Source: Pantanalinema sp. (GTDB lineage Bacteria; Cyanobacteriota; Sericytochromatia; S15B-MN24; UBA4093). Taken from it: 64,000 nucleotides of DNA. Positions 27,671 to 37,205 of this stretch are shown here, in pieces (position 1 is the first letter of the stretch; every line of letters begins with the position of its first letter). A program made the position numbers and the translations under genes. The notes under the pieces were generated by a model. It was given only the letters and a program-made list of their open reading frames with translations, did no database searches and had not been told where the DNA came from. The stretch spans positions 27,157 through 91,156 of the forward strand of contig DATNQI010000076.1 in assembly GCA_036704125.1 (NCBI GenBank), given 5' to 3'.

Positions 27671-28105
27671 CTACAGCAGGAAGAGCCCGCCGACCACGAC
27701 CAGCGCGGCGCCCACGATCTGCTTGGCGCTGAGGGTCTCCTTGAGGCCGAACACCCCGAACAGCATCGTCACGACCGGCGCCGCGCTGAACAGGAAGGGA
27801 AAGACCCGCGAGACGTCGGCGCGCTGCAAGAGCAGGTAGTAGCAGTACTGCGCGAGCAGCATCGAGGTGATCCCGCTCGCCAAAAACAGGCCTATGGCGA
27901 GCGGCGACATCTCCCGGACCATGCGGGCGCCCTTGCCGATGGTGAGCGCGAGCGGCAAGGCGATCGCCGAGACCCCAAGCGTTCGGATGGCGATCCCGAC
28001 CAGGGGCGAGGCCGAGAAGTGCGAAAGGGCCAGCTTGTCGAAGATGGGAATGAGCCCCCAGAGGAAGATGGTGACGAGGGTCAACAGGATCGTCTGAAGG
28101 CTCAT
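27671..28105 (-). CDS. small EamA/DMT-like membrane protein
   Basis: 144 aa, 4-5 TM. A half-size EamA domain. Confidence 0.55.
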   Translation of the reverse strand: MSLQTILLTLVTIFLWGLIPIFDKLALSHFSASPLVGIAIRTLGVSAIALPLALTIGKGARMVREMSPLAIGLFLASGITSMLLAQYCYYLLLQRADVSRVFPFLFSAAPVVTMLFGVFGLKETLSAKQIVGAALVVVGGLFLL

Positions 28106-28127
28106 GAATATTGGCTCCTGGGTTAGG

Positions 28128-28388
28128 CTACTTCTTCGAAGCGGGCTTCATCTCGGTCTTCTCGAGATTCATCTTGCACTTCGGGCAACGGCCGGGCTTG
28201 TCCGAGACCACGTCGGGGTCCATGGGACAAGTATAGACCACCACCTTGCCCGCAACCTGCTTGCCGTGCTGATGGGAGTGCGCCGCCGGCTTGCCCTGAG
28301 GTGCCGGGGCCGCCCAGCCGGGAGCGCTCGTGAGCAGGATCGCCCCGGCGAGCACGCTCAGGGTCAACAGGTTACGCTTGAAGGTCAT
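28128..28388 (-). CDS. periplasmic heavy-metal-binding protein (YTCPMxP…CPxC motif domain, CusF-like accessory)
   Basis: Signal peptide, then VYTCPMDPDVVSDKPGRCPKCKMNL. The same motif domain is fused to the N-terminus of CusB at 31560..32882. Confidence 0.65.
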   Translation of the reverse strand: MTFKRNLLTLSVLAGAILLTSAPGWAAPAPQGKPAAHSHQHGKQVAGKVVVYTCPMDPDVVSDKPGRCPKCKMNLEKTEMKPASKK

Positions 28389-28422
28389 GGATGGGGTTCC
28401 TTTCGTCAAAAGGGCGCGAAGG

Positions 28423-31400
28423 TCAGTGCTCCAGGCCGGACGGGACGAGCGTCCCGCGCTTGAGCTGCCGGGTCTTCCAGAGGGTGAAGAGGACGGGGAT
28501 CACGATCAGGACGAGCACCGTGGAGGTGAAGAGCCCGCCGATCATGGGAGCCGTGATCGGCCTCATCAGGTCAGATCCGGTTCCCTGACTCCACATGATA
28601 GGCATCAGGCCGATGAAGTCCACTGCCACCGTCATCAGCTTCGGTCTCAGACGGAAAACAGCCCCCTCCATCGTCGCCGTTTCGATGTCGGCCGGGGTGA
28701 TGGCGCCCCCCAAAAGCATCCGGTCAAGGGCCTCGTTCAGGTACACGAGCATGACCACGCCCGTCTCGACGGCGACCCCCGCCAGCGCGATGTAGCCGAC
28801 CCAGACGGCGACGCTGAAGTTGTAGCCGAGCACCTTCTGGAGCACGAGCCCCCCGATCAGGGCGAAGGGGATGGAGAGCACGACCATCGCCGACGAGGCC
28901 AGCGACCGGAAGGTCAGGTACAGGAAGAACAGGATGACCGCGAGCACGATCGGCACCAGGACGCGCAGCCGCGCGGCCGCCCGGCTCTGGTTCTCGTACT
29001 GGCCGCTCCAGGAGAGATAGGTCCCCTTCGGCAGCTCGAGGTCGCTAGAAAGGCGCGCCTTCGCCTCATCGACGAAGCTGCCCATGTCCCGGCCTCGGAC
29101 GTTCAGGAACACGATCGAGCGCAGAAGACCGTTCTCGCTGTTGATCATCGGAGCACCCGTCGTCAAGCGCACGTCGGCGAGCTGGGAGAGGGGGATCTGG
29201 GCGCCCGTGGGCGTGGGCACCAGGATGCTTCCGAGGGACTCGGGGTCCCCCCTCAGCTCCCGGGCGTAGCGGACCCGCACGGGGAAGCGCTCGCGGCCCT
29301 CGACGGAGGTGGTGAGGTTCATCCCGCCGATGGCCGTCTCGATGACGTCCTGGACGTTCTCCACCATCAGGCCGTAGCGGGCGATCGCCTCCCGGTTCGG
29401 GGTGATGTCCACGAACCGGCCGCCGATGACCCGCTCGGCGAAGACGTCCTGGGCCCCCGGGATCCCCTTCAGGATGCCCTCGGCCTTGACCGCCAGGTGC
29501 TCCAGCTCGCGCAGGTCCGAGCCGTAGATCTTCAGGCCGAGATCCGTCCGGACGCCCGTGGCCAGCATGTTGATCCGGTTGATGATGGGCTGGGTCCAGC
29601 CGTTGCTGACGCCCGGGATCGAGAGCTTATGGTTCATCTCGGCGATCAGGTCGTCCTTGGGCTTGCGCGGGTCGGGCCACTCCGAGCGCGGCTTGAGGTT
29701 GATGATCGTCTCGATCATGCTGACCGGCGCCGGATCGGTGGATGTCTCGGCGCGTCCCACCTTGCCGAGCACCGACTCCACCTCGGGGAAGGCGCGCAGG
29801 ATCTTGTCCTGGACCTGCAGGATGCGCTTGGCCTCGGTGATGTTCACGTCGGGCAGGGTGGTCGGCATGAAGAGCAGGCTCCCCTCGTCGAGCGGGGGCA
29901 TGAACTCGTTTCCGATGCTCATGGCGAGCGGCACGCTCAAAACGACGCTCGCCACGGCCAGACCCACGGTCATCTTCTTGAAGCGAAGGGCCGTCGTGAG
30001 CACGGGCTTGTAGAGCCGGATGAAGAAGCGCGAGACGGGGTTCTCCTCCTCGGGCCGCACCCGGCCGCGCAAGAGGAAGCTCATGAGCACCGGGACGACG
30101 GTGATGGCGATGACGGCCGCCCCCGCGATCGCGAAGCTCTTGGTGAAGGCCAGGGGATGGAACATCTTCCCCTCCTGCCCCTCGAGCATGAAGACCGGCG
30201 TGAAGGAGAGCAGCACGATGAGCAGCGAGAAGAAGATGGGTCGCCCCACCTGCTTGGCCGAGACGATCACGGTCTCGAGGTAGTCCGGCTCCTCACCCGC
30301 CTCCCGCTGCTCGGCCAGGTGGCGGTACGCGTTCTCGACCATGACGATGGCGGCGTCCACCAGCACGCCCACGGCGATCGCGACCCCGCCCAGGCTCATG
30401 ATGTTGCTGGTGATGCCGAACTGGCGCATCAGGATGAAGCTCACCAGCACCGCGACGGGCACCGAGAGGACGATGATGAGCGCCGAGCGGATGTGGAAGA
30501 GGAAGGCCAGCACCACGAGGCTGACGATGACCGCCTCCTCGACCAGCGCCTCCTTGAGGGTGTCGACGGCGCGCTCGATGAGATCCGAGCGGTCGTAGGC
30601 CGCATGGACGCTCACGCCCGCGGGCAGGCCCTTCTCGAGCTCGACGAGCTTCGCCTTGACCCGGTCGATGACCGCCTTGGCGTTCTCGCCGTGGCGCATC
30701 ACGACGATGCCGCCGACGACCTCGCCATCGCCGTTCTTGTCGAGGACCCCGCGCCGCGTCTCGGCGCCAAGCTGGACGCTCCCCACGTTGGCGATCGTCA
30801 CCGGGATGCCGCCCGGAGCGGTCTTGACGACGATCTTCTCGAGGTCGGAAGCGCTCTGGATGTAGCCCCGGCCCCGGACCGAGTACTCGGCCGCGTTCTG
30901 CTCGACCAGGCCGCCGCCCACCTCGTTGTTGCTCATCCGGACGGCATCCGCCACTTCCTTCAGGCTGACGCCGTAGGTGAAGAGCTTGGCCGGATCGACC
31001 TCGATCTGGTACTGGCGGACGAAGCCCCCGATGGAGGCCACCTCGGCGACGCCCGGCACGCTCTGGAGCTGGAGGCGCAGGTACCAGTCCTGGATGGCGC
31101 GCAGGCGGCCGAGATCGAGGCCCTTGCCCTCGACGGTGTACCAGTAGACGTGGCCCACCCCGGTCCCGTCGGGACCGAGCGCCGGGGTCACCCCGGCGGG
31201 GAGGTTGCCCGACACCGAGGCCAGGCGCTCCAGGATGCGGGTCCGCGCGAAGTAGAGGTCCGTCTTGTCGTCGAAGATCACGTAGATCATCGAGAAGCCG
31301 AAAGCCGAGCTGGCCCTTACCGCCTTGACGTCGGGCAGCCCCTGGAGGCTCGCCGAGAGCGGGTAGGTGATCTGGTCCTCGATGACCTGCGGGCTGCGCC

Positions 31401-31563
31401 CCGGCCACTCGGTGAAGACGATGACCTGGTTCTCGGACAGGTCCGGGATCGCATCCAGCGGGGTCCGGGTGATGGACCAGGTGCCCCAGCCGATCAGGCC
31501 GACCAGCGCGATGATGACGATGAAGCGGTTGCGAACCGACCATTCAATGATGCGCTCGATCAT
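28423..31563 (-). CDS. cusA: CusA/CzcA-family heavy-metal efflux RND permease
   Basis: 1046 aa with the HME-RND signature and a 12-TM plus large periplasmic-loop architecture. Start overlaps the cusB stop (ATGA). Confidence 0.95.
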   Translation of the reverse strand: MIERIIEWSVRNRFIVIIALVGLIGWGTWSITRTPLDAIPDLSENQVIVFTEWPGRSPQVIEDQITYPLSASLQGLPDVKAVRASSAFGFSMIYVIFDDKTDLYFARTRILERLASVSGNLPAGVTPALGPDGTGVGHVYWYTVEGKGLDLGRLRAIQDWYLRLQLQSVPGVAEVASIGGFVRQYQIEVDPAKLFTYGVSLKEVADAVRMSNNEVGGGLVEQNAAEYSVRGRGYIQSASDLEKIVVKTAPGGIPVTIANVGSVQLGAETRRGVLDKNGDGEVVGGIVVMRHGENAKAVIDRVKAKLVELEKGLPAGVSVHAAYDRSDLIERAVDTLKEALVEEAVIVSLVVLAFLFHIRSALIIVLSVPVAVLVSFILMRQFGITSNIMSLGGVAIAVGVLVDAAIVMVENAYRHLAEQREAGEEPDYLETVIVSAKQVGRPIFFSLLIVLLSFTPVFMLEGQEGKMFHPLAFTKSFAIAGAAVIAITVVPVLMSFLLRGRVRPEEENPVSRFFIRLYKPVLTTALRFKKMTVGLAVASVVLSVPLAMSIGNEFMPPLDEGSLLFMPTTLPDVNITEAKRILQVQDKILRAFPEVESVLGKVGRAETSTDPAPVSMIETIINLKPRSEWPDPRKPKDDLIAEMNHKLSIPGVSNGWTQPIINRINMLATGVRTDLGLKIYGSDLRELEHLAVKAEGILKGIPGAQDVFAERVIGGRFVDITPNREAIARYGLMVENVQDVIETAIGGMNLTTSVEGRERFPVRVRYARELRGDPESLGSILVPTPTGAQIPLSQLADVRLTTGAPMINSENGLLRSIVFLNVRGRDMGSFVDEAKARLSSDLELPKGTYLSWSGQYENQSRAAARLRVLVPIVLAVILFFLYLTFRSLASSAMVVLSIPFALIGGLVLQKVLGYNFSVAVWVGYIALAGVAVETGVVMLVYLNEALDRMLLGGAITPADIETATMEGAVFRLRPKLMTVAVDFIGLMPIMWSQGTGSDLMRPITAPMIGGLFTSTVLVLIVIPVLFTLWKTRQLKRGTLVPSGLEH

Positions 31564-32882
31564 CGGTGGGCTCCCTGGTGCGCATCCGCAGCGCCCATTC
31601 CGGCCTGGATCTGGCTGTCCGCGTCGAGTAAGAAGCCGCCCGACGTCGCGACCTTCTCACCCTTCGAGAGGCCCGAGAGCACGGGGTAGTGGTCCCCCGC
31701 CTTCTGGCCGAGGGACACCTCGCGGGGCCTGAAGACCCCCGGGGCCGTCTCGACGTAGACGAGCTTGCGGCGGCCGGTGTCGATGACCGCGGAGGCTGCG
31801 ACCGCGAGCGGCTGGGCTCCGAGCGCGGGGGCCTTGAAGGTCGTCGCGACGAACATGTCGGGCTTGAGCCTGCCGTCCTGGTTGGCGAGATCCACCCGGA
31901 TCCTCACCGTCCGGGATTCCGGGTTGAGGAAGGGATAGATGAACGAGACCCGCCCCACGAAGGTCTTGCCGGGATGGGCGGGGGTGGTGATCTCGGCGCG
32001 CTGGCCGACCTTCACGTCCTTCATCTGGGCCTCGAACACGTCGGCCTCGGCCCAGACGCGCGAGAGATCGGCGATCTCGTAGAGGACGTCGCCGGTCTTC
32101 ACGTACTGGCCCGGCTGCACCAGCTTCTTGAGCACCACCCCGGACGTGTTCGCGTTGATGGCCAGGGCGAGGGTCGGGGACTGCGTCCGCTCCAGCTGCT
32201 TGATCTGCGCCGGGGTGATGCCCCAGAGCTTGAGGCGCTGGCGCGAGGCCTCGACCAGGCTCTTGGCCCCCTCGGCGAGGTCGGGATAGGCGCTGCCCTT
32301 CATCTCGCGGTAGGAGCGCAGGGCCACCAGGTACTCCTGCATGGCCGCGACCGCCTCGGGGCTGTAGAGGGTGCCGATGGGCTGGCCCTTCGAGACGCGA
32401 TCGCCGGTGGCATCGACGTACAGCCGCTCGATGCGGCCCTCGATCCACGCGGTGAGCTGCGAGAGGCGCGTCTCGTCGTAGGTGATCTTGCCGGGGGCCG
32501 ACACCGCGCTCGAAAGCGAGCGAGGAGCGACCGCCTCGGTCTTCACGTTCGCCAGCACCTGCTGCTCGGGCGAGAGCACCACCTCCTGGAGCCCCTCGGG
32601 CGCCGGCGCGGCGTGCTGCTGGTCATGAGCCTGGGGGGCGGGCGCGGCCTTCACGGCCACCAGGTCCATGCCGCAGATCGGGCAGGATCCCGGCTTGTCC
32701 GATTTCACCTGGGGGTGCATGGGGCAGGTGTAGGTCTCTTCGCCGTGCGCGTGATCCGCATGCACGCTCGCGGAGCGCGATTGGAGCCAGGTGTAGCCCA
32801 CCCCGGTGCCCGCGGCCAGGATGGCCGCCCCCAGGAGGGGGACCAGGATCCGGGTGGTCTTGTGTTGCCAGTCGAAGGTCAT
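31560..32882 (-). CDS. cusB: efflux RND periplasmic adaptor (CusB-like) with N-terminal heavy-metal-binding domain
   Basis: N-terminal YTCPMHPQV…CPICGM domain, then HlyD/MFP biotinyl-lipoyl and beta-barrel domains. Confidence 0.9.
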   Translation of the reverse strand: MTFDWQHKTTRILVPLLGAAILAAGTGVGYTWLQSRSASVHADHAHGEETYTCPMHPQVKSDKPGSCPICGMDLVAVKAAPAPQAHDQQHAAPAPEGLQEVVLSPEQQVLANVKTEAVAPRSLSSAVSAPGKITYDETRLSQLTAWIEGRIERLYVDATGDRVSKGQPIGTLYSPEAVAAMQEYLVALRSYREMKGSAYPDLAEGAKSLVEASRQRLKLWGITPAQIKQLERTQSPTLALAINANTSGVVLKKLVQPGQYVKTGDVLYEIADLSRVWAEADVFEAQMKDVKVGQRAEITTPAHPGKTFVGRVSFIYPFLNPESRTVRIRVDLANQDGRLKPDMFVATTFKAPALGAQPLAVAASAVIDTGRRKLVYVETAPGVFRPREVSLGQKAGDHYPVLSGLSKGEKVATSGGFLLDADSQIQAGMGAADAHQGAHR

Positions 32883-32886
32883 TGTC

Positions 32887-34167
32887 CTACTCCGTCACTT
32901 TGGGTTGCCGGGCGCCCAGCGGGGCACCGATGGTGGCTTCAAGCTTGGCGAGCGCCTGGTGGTGATCCGCCTTGGCCCGGGCCACGGCCGTCTGGACCTC
33001 GAATATCGCCAGCTGACTCTCCAGCACGGCGTTGAAGTCCAGCTTGTTGACCTGGTACGCGGCCAGGGAGGCCTTGAAAGCCTGCGTGGCCTGCGGCAAG
33101 ACGCCCTGGTCGTAGAGTTGAAGCTGGCGCTCGATCTGGCGCAGCCTCGATCGAAGGTCGCTGACCTCGTAGCGCAGGCGATTGCGCTCCGCCTGGACCT
33201 GCGCGCTGGCCTCATTCAGGCCGGCCTCGACCTCGCGGATCCGGCCGTCGAAGCGGTTCGCCGAGAGCCATGGCAGGTTGATGCCGACCATGCCACCCAG
33301 GTAGACCATGTCGCCCGGCATGCTGCGGCCCGTCTCCAGGCCCACGTCGAAGTCGGGCACCCCCTTGTCCCGCTGCGCCAGCGCGAGCTCCGAGCGCTGG
33401 ACCTCGGTCTTGGCCAGCATCGCCTTGAGCGCGGGGCTTTGCGCCTCCGCCCGGGCAAGCAGGATCCCCGCGTCGGGCACCGGGGCGATCGCAGGAAAGT
33501 CCCTGGGCAGCTGGATCGCGGCGTCCACCGGGCGATTCGCGAGCGCGTTGATCCGGGCACGCCCGGCCTCCACCTGCTGCTCCAGCGAAAGACCGCGCTC
33601 CAGCACCTTCGAGAGCTCGAGCTGCGCGCGCAAGGGCTCCACCTGCAGGCCGGCCCCCACCGCGTACTTGGCGTCGGCGATCTTGCGGATGTTGCGGAGC
33701 TGCTCCAGGGATTGCCGGTAGATGGCAAGGGACCGATCCAGGTAGAGCTGCTCAAAGTAAGCCTGGCGCAAGTCGCTTTGAACGCTCAGGCGTGCCTGCC
33801 GGTACTGGGCCTCGGCCATCTCGGCCTCGCGTCGCGCGACCTCGACCACAAGCTCCCGCTTGCCCCCACCCGGGAACATCTGGGACAGCGCGATCTTCGG
33901 CCCTCCCAGGCTGGCGAAGTCCATGATCGAGGCCGAAACCTTCGGCGCCTCCAGGTCGCCCGCGTAGCCCGCCCTGGCCCGGACGGTCTCCCAGCGCAGC
34001 CGCGCCGCGGCCACTTCCGGGTTGTTCCGCTCGGCTTGATCCAGGAGCTCGGCCAGGGTTGCGCTCTCGGCCGCGAGCGCCGCCGGAGCGATCGCCACGA
34101 GGCACAGGCAAGCTGCCAGCACAACGCGGAATCGAGACAGGACCGAGCATCGAAGGGAGTCACGCAT
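32887..34167 (-). CDS. cusC: TolC-family outer-membrane efflux protein (CusC/CzcC-like)
   Basis: 426 aa with signal peptide and two OEP repeats. Confidence 0.88.
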   Translation of the reverse strand: MRDSLRCSVLSRFRVVLAACLCLVAIAPAALAAESATLAELLDQAERNNPEVAAARLRWETVRARAGYAGDLEAPKVSASIMDFASLGGPKIALSQMFPGGGKRELVVEVARREAEMAEAQYRQARLSVQSDLRQAYFEQLYLDRSLAIYRQSLEQLRNIRKIADAKYAVGAGLQVEPLRAQLELSKVLERGLSLEQQVEAGRARINALANRPVDAAIQLPRDFPAIAPVPDAGILLARAEAQSPALKAMLAKTEVQRSELALAQRDKGVPDFDVGLETGRSMPGDMVYLGGMVGINLPWLSANRFDGRIREVEAGLNEASAQVQAERNRLRYEVSDLRSRLRQIERQLQLYDQGVLPQATQAFKASLAAYQVNKLDFNAVLESQLAIFEVQTAVARAKADHHQALAKLEATIGAPLGARQPKVTE

Positions 34168-34339
34168 GAGGGAGGTCCTTCCAGAGGAGGTGAACTACTA
34201 AGTTGATTAGTACACCCGAAAGGGGCACGAGCGCAAGCCCTTTCCGAAATCGTTCGCCGTCATCCTAAACCTTCCCGTCAGGTGGAGGGTCAACCCTTCA
34301 GGGGTCATCGTGGGGTTTGACCTGGAGCGAATCAGGGCA

Positions 34340-34355
34340 GTAGACTACTGTCTAC
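34340..34355. promoter_or_regulatory. candidate BlaI-family operator palindrome in the cusC / blaI-like divergent region
   Basis: GTAGAC-tact-GTCTAC is a perfect 6-4-6 palindrome 67 bp upstream of the repressor ATG. It is reminiscent of the TACA..TGTA boxes of BlaI/MecI/CopY repressors. Confidence 0.4.
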
Positions 34356-34421
34356 GAAGCCGCTTCATACGTACCCGCATCGGAGAGAAGGATTACCCCT
34401 CCCTCGCCCGCAGGAGCGACC

Positions 34422-34802
34422 ATGACCCACGAACCCGAAGGCGGTGCCTTTCACCCCGGACGCCCGGGCCTCAAGAAGCTCCTCGGCGAGCTCGAGGCCG
34501 ACATCATGCAGGTCGTCTGGGCTCGCCCCGACGCCGCGATCACGGTTCGCGAGGTGTACGAGGTGCTGGGGGAGACCCGGAAGATCGCCTACACCACCGT
34601 GATGACGGTCATGGGCAACCTCGCCAAGAAGGGGCTGCTCGCCGTCGAGCAGACCGGCAAGGCGTACGCCTACCGCGCGACCCAGACCTACGAGCGCTTC
34701 ACCGAGGCGGCGGTCACCCGCATCGTGGACGAGCTGCTCAAGGACTTCACCGACCCTGCCATCGCGTGCTTCACGCGCGCCATCGGCCACAAGCAGCCAT
34801 GA
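34422..34802 (+). CDS. BlaI/MecI/CopY-family winged-helix transcriptional repressor
   Basis: 126 aa with a penicillinase-repressor-type wHTH. It lacks the C-terminal Cys cluster of true CopY. Confidence 0.8.
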   Translation: MTHEPEGGAFHPGRPGLKKLLGELEADIMQVVWARPDAAITVREVYEVLGETRKIAYTTVMTVMGNLAKKGLLAVEQTGKAYAYRATQTYERFTEAAVTRIVDELLKDFTDPAIACFTRAIGHKQP

Positions 34803-35620
34803 CGGCGGCGGTCTCGCCTCGCCGGATCCTGCTGGCCGAGGGCAGCGCGGCGCTCGCCGCCCTCGGCTTGCCCGTCTCCCTCTTGCTCGCCACCGGCCTG
34901 GGGGTCGGCATGATGGCGTACGCGGGCTGCCAGCACACCTCCCCGACCCTCGGGATCGCGGGGAGCGCCGTGGCCCTGGCCTCGGCCGGCGGGCTCTGCT
35001 CGAGCCTCGTCGGGAATCTGCTCAGGGCCCGCCGCTCCCGCAGGCTCGCCGACCAGGCCTCCGTCGAGGTGGACGACCCGGAGCGCCTCGCGGTGATCGA
35101 GCGCCTGGCACGAAGGCTGGGCGTGAGCGTCCCCTCGCTGCGGGCCGTCGTCCTGGATTCCCCGCTGGCCTTCAGCGTGCTGGACAATCCCCCGAGCATC
35201 GTCGTCTCGACCTGGACCTTCGACCGGCTCGACGACCGGGAGTGGGAAGCGCTCGTCGCCCACGAGCTGGCCCACACGCGGCGCGGGGATCGGCTGTACC
35301 GCTGGTTCGGCTCGCTGTTCTGGCGCGCCGTCAAGGGGGTCCCCGGCGCCCACGGCGCCTGGCAGCAGCTCGACAGCGCGATGGAGGAAGCGGCGGATCG
35401 ATCCGCCGGCGAGGTCCTCGGCACCGACGAGGCCCTGCGCTCCGCTCGGCAGAAGTTCCTCGACGCCGGGCCCCAGGCCCCCGAGCCTGCGCTCGCCAAG
35501 GCGCTCGCCCCGCCCACGATGCCCATGCAGCTCGCGATCGCGGGGCTGGGCCTGGTCGCGGCGCTGCCGCTCATTCCCTTCGTCGCCGTGCCCCTCTGCA
35601 TGCGGCTCTGCTCCCCCTGA
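34799..35620 (+). CDS. M56-family (BlaR1-like) membrane zinc metalloprotease lacking a sensor domain
   Basis: ATG at 34799 overlaps the repressor stop (ATGA). It has N-terminal TM helices and an HELAH zinc motif. Confidence 0.7.
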   Translation: MTAAVSPRRILLAEGSAALAALGLPVSLLLATGLGVGMMAYAGCQHTSPTLGIAGSAVALASAGGLCSSLVGNLLRARRSRRLADQASVEVDDPERLAVIERLARRLGVSVPSLRAVVLDSPLAFSVLDNPPSIVVSTWTFDRLDDREWEALVAHELAHTRRGDRLYRWFGSLFWRAVKGVPGAHGAWQQLDSAMEEAADRSAGEVLGTDEALRSARQKFLDAGPQAPEPALAKALAPPTMPMQLAIAGLGLVAALPLIPFVAVPLCMRLCSP

Positions 35621-35721
35621 TCCTTCCTCCCCTTCCGAAAGGTTGGCGAGATCGATCCTGGTCCCGGCAGCAGCGATCGCTGATGCTGATCAGGCGACAC
35701 CCCATGACGAGGGAGGAAGGC

Positions 35722-36453
35722 ATGGACCACGAAGCTGCCACCACGCGCCGCGGGTTCTTTCGCCTGGCGAGCGCCTTTGGCGCCGGGCTCGCCCTGTCCG
35801 CCTGCCTGCCGACGGATCGCGTCGGCGGCGCGAAGGCCCTGGCTGCGAGCGAGCCCACCGTGAAGGCGGATGTCGAGGAGGTCCTCCCGGTCGAGGACCT
35901 CATGCGCGAGCACGGCGTCCTGCGCCGGATCCTGCTCATCTACCGCGAGGCCGAGCAGCGCCTGCTCGGCAGCCAGGACGTCGACCCCAAGCTGCTCTCG
36001 GGTGCCGCCGAGCTCGTCAAGCGCTTCATCGAGGACTACCACGAGAAGCTGGAGGAGGATCACCTGTTCCCGCACTTCGAGCGTGCCGGCAAGCACGTCG
36101 ATCTGGTGAAGGTCCTCAGGCAGCAGCACGAGGGCGGGCGCCGCCTGACCGCGGAGATCCTCGCCCAGGCCGAGCGCGCGGGACGTCTGGCGGAGGCGCG
36201 CCGCGCGCTGGCCGACGCCTTGCATGCGTTCGTTCGCATGTACGAGCCCCACGCCGCCCGGGAGGACACCGTCCTCTTCCCCGCCTTCCGCAGCGTCGTG
36301 ACCCCCAAGGAGTACGACCGGTACGGCGACCTCTTCGAGGACAAGGAGAAATCGCTCTTCGGCACGAACGGCTTCGAGAACGTGGTCGCTCGCGTGGCGG
36401 ACATGGAGAAGGCGCTGGGGCTCTACGAGCTCGCGCAGTTCACCCCGCGATGA
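35722..36453 (+). CDS. hemerythrin-like (HHE cation-binding) domain protein with Tat signal
   Basis: ATG at 35722 has a gggagg RBS. Twin-arginine signal TTRRGFFRLASAFGAGLA, then His/Glu-rich 4-helix ligands (…HG.LRRIL…DYHEKLEEDHLFPHF…). Confidence 0.7.
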   Translation: MDHEAATTRRGFFRLASAFGAGLALSACLPTDRVGGAKALAASEPTVKADVEEVLPVEDLMREHGVLRRILLIYREAEQRLLGSQDVDPKLLSGAAELVKRFIEDYHEKLEEDHLFPHFERAGKHVDLVKVLRQQHEGGRRLTAEILAQAERAGRLAEARRALADALHAFVRMYEPHAAREDTVLFPAFRSVVTPKEYDRYGDLFEDKEKSLFGTNGFENVVARVADMEKALGLYELAQFTPR

Positions 36454-37178
36454 GCTTCGACCTCTGGATCCTGCTCGCCTCGGTGGTGGCGGGGGCCGTC
36501 GCGGCCGTCTCGGGCTTCGGGATCGGCAGCATGCTCACCCCCCTGCTGGCCCTCCAGATGGACACCAAGCTGGCGGTCGCCGCGGTCTCGATCCCGCACG
36601 CCGCGGCGACCGCCTACCGCTTCTGGATCCTGCGCGCGCACCTGGACCGCCGCGTGCTCGCGGGCTTCGGCGCGAGCAGCGCCGCCGGCGGCCTCACGGG
36701 GGCGCTGCTCCACGCCTACGCGCCGGGGCAGGCGCTCACGCTGGTCTTCGGCGGCCTGCTCGTGTTCGTGGGGCTGAGCGGCCTGAGCGGGCTCGCCGAG
36801 CGCCTTGCCTTCCGGGGGCCCTGGGCCTGGGGGGCCGGGGCCCTCTCCGGCCTGCTCGGAGGCCTGGTCGGAAACCAGGGGGGCATCCGTTCAGCAGCCC
36901 TGCTGGGGTTCGACGTGCCCAAGGAGGCGTTCGTCGCCACCGCGACCGCCGTCGGGCTCCTGGTGGACGGGGCGCGCTTGCCCGTTTACCTCGTCACCCA
37001 GGGCGATCAGCTCGCCGGCCAGTGGCCCAGCATCGCGATCGCCACCGCGGGGGCGCTCGTGGGGACCTGCGTGGGCAACCGGGTGCTGAGGCGGATCCCC
37101 GAGGCCGTGTACCGGCCCCTGGTGTCGGGGGTCGTCCTCGTGCTCGGCCTCTACATGCTCGCGCGGGGCCTGCTTTGA
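36450..37178 (+). CDS. TSUP-family (TauE/SafE) membrane permease
   Basis: ATG at 36450 overlaps the upstream stop. Gly-rich TM helices typical of TauE. Confidence 0.75.
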   Translation: MSFDLWILLASVVAGAVAAVSGFGIGSMLTPLLALQMDTKLAVAAVSIPHAAATAYRFWILRAHLDRRVLAGFGASSAAGGLTGALLHAYAPGQALTLVFGGLLVFVGLSGLSGLAERLAFRGPWAWGAGALSGLLGGLVGNQGGIRSAALLGFDVPKEAFVATATAVGLLVDGARLPVYLVTQGDQLAGQWPSIAIATAGALVGTCVGNRVLRRIPEAVYRPLVSGVVLVLGLYMLARGLL

Positions 37179-37205
37179 TCCGATCGTCCCGCTCTGAGGC
37201 CGACG

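Noticed and set aside
27454-27732. 92-aa plus-strand ORF
   Set aside because: It runs through the intergenic GC-hairpin repeat copies. Pro/Gly/Arg-rich, and no RBS.
28330-31689. 1119-aa plus-strand ORF
   Set aside because: Antisense to cusA. Composition is Asp/Arg/Gly/His-rich with no domain. Typical high-GC antisense artefact.
35643-37178. 511-aa plus-strand ORF spanning the hemerythrin and TSUP genes
   Set aside because: Its first ~270 codons are an out-of-frame read-through of the hemerythrin gene (Arg/Pro-rich). The true TSUP gene starts at ATG 36450. The hemerythrin gene is in the frame of ORF 35242..36453.
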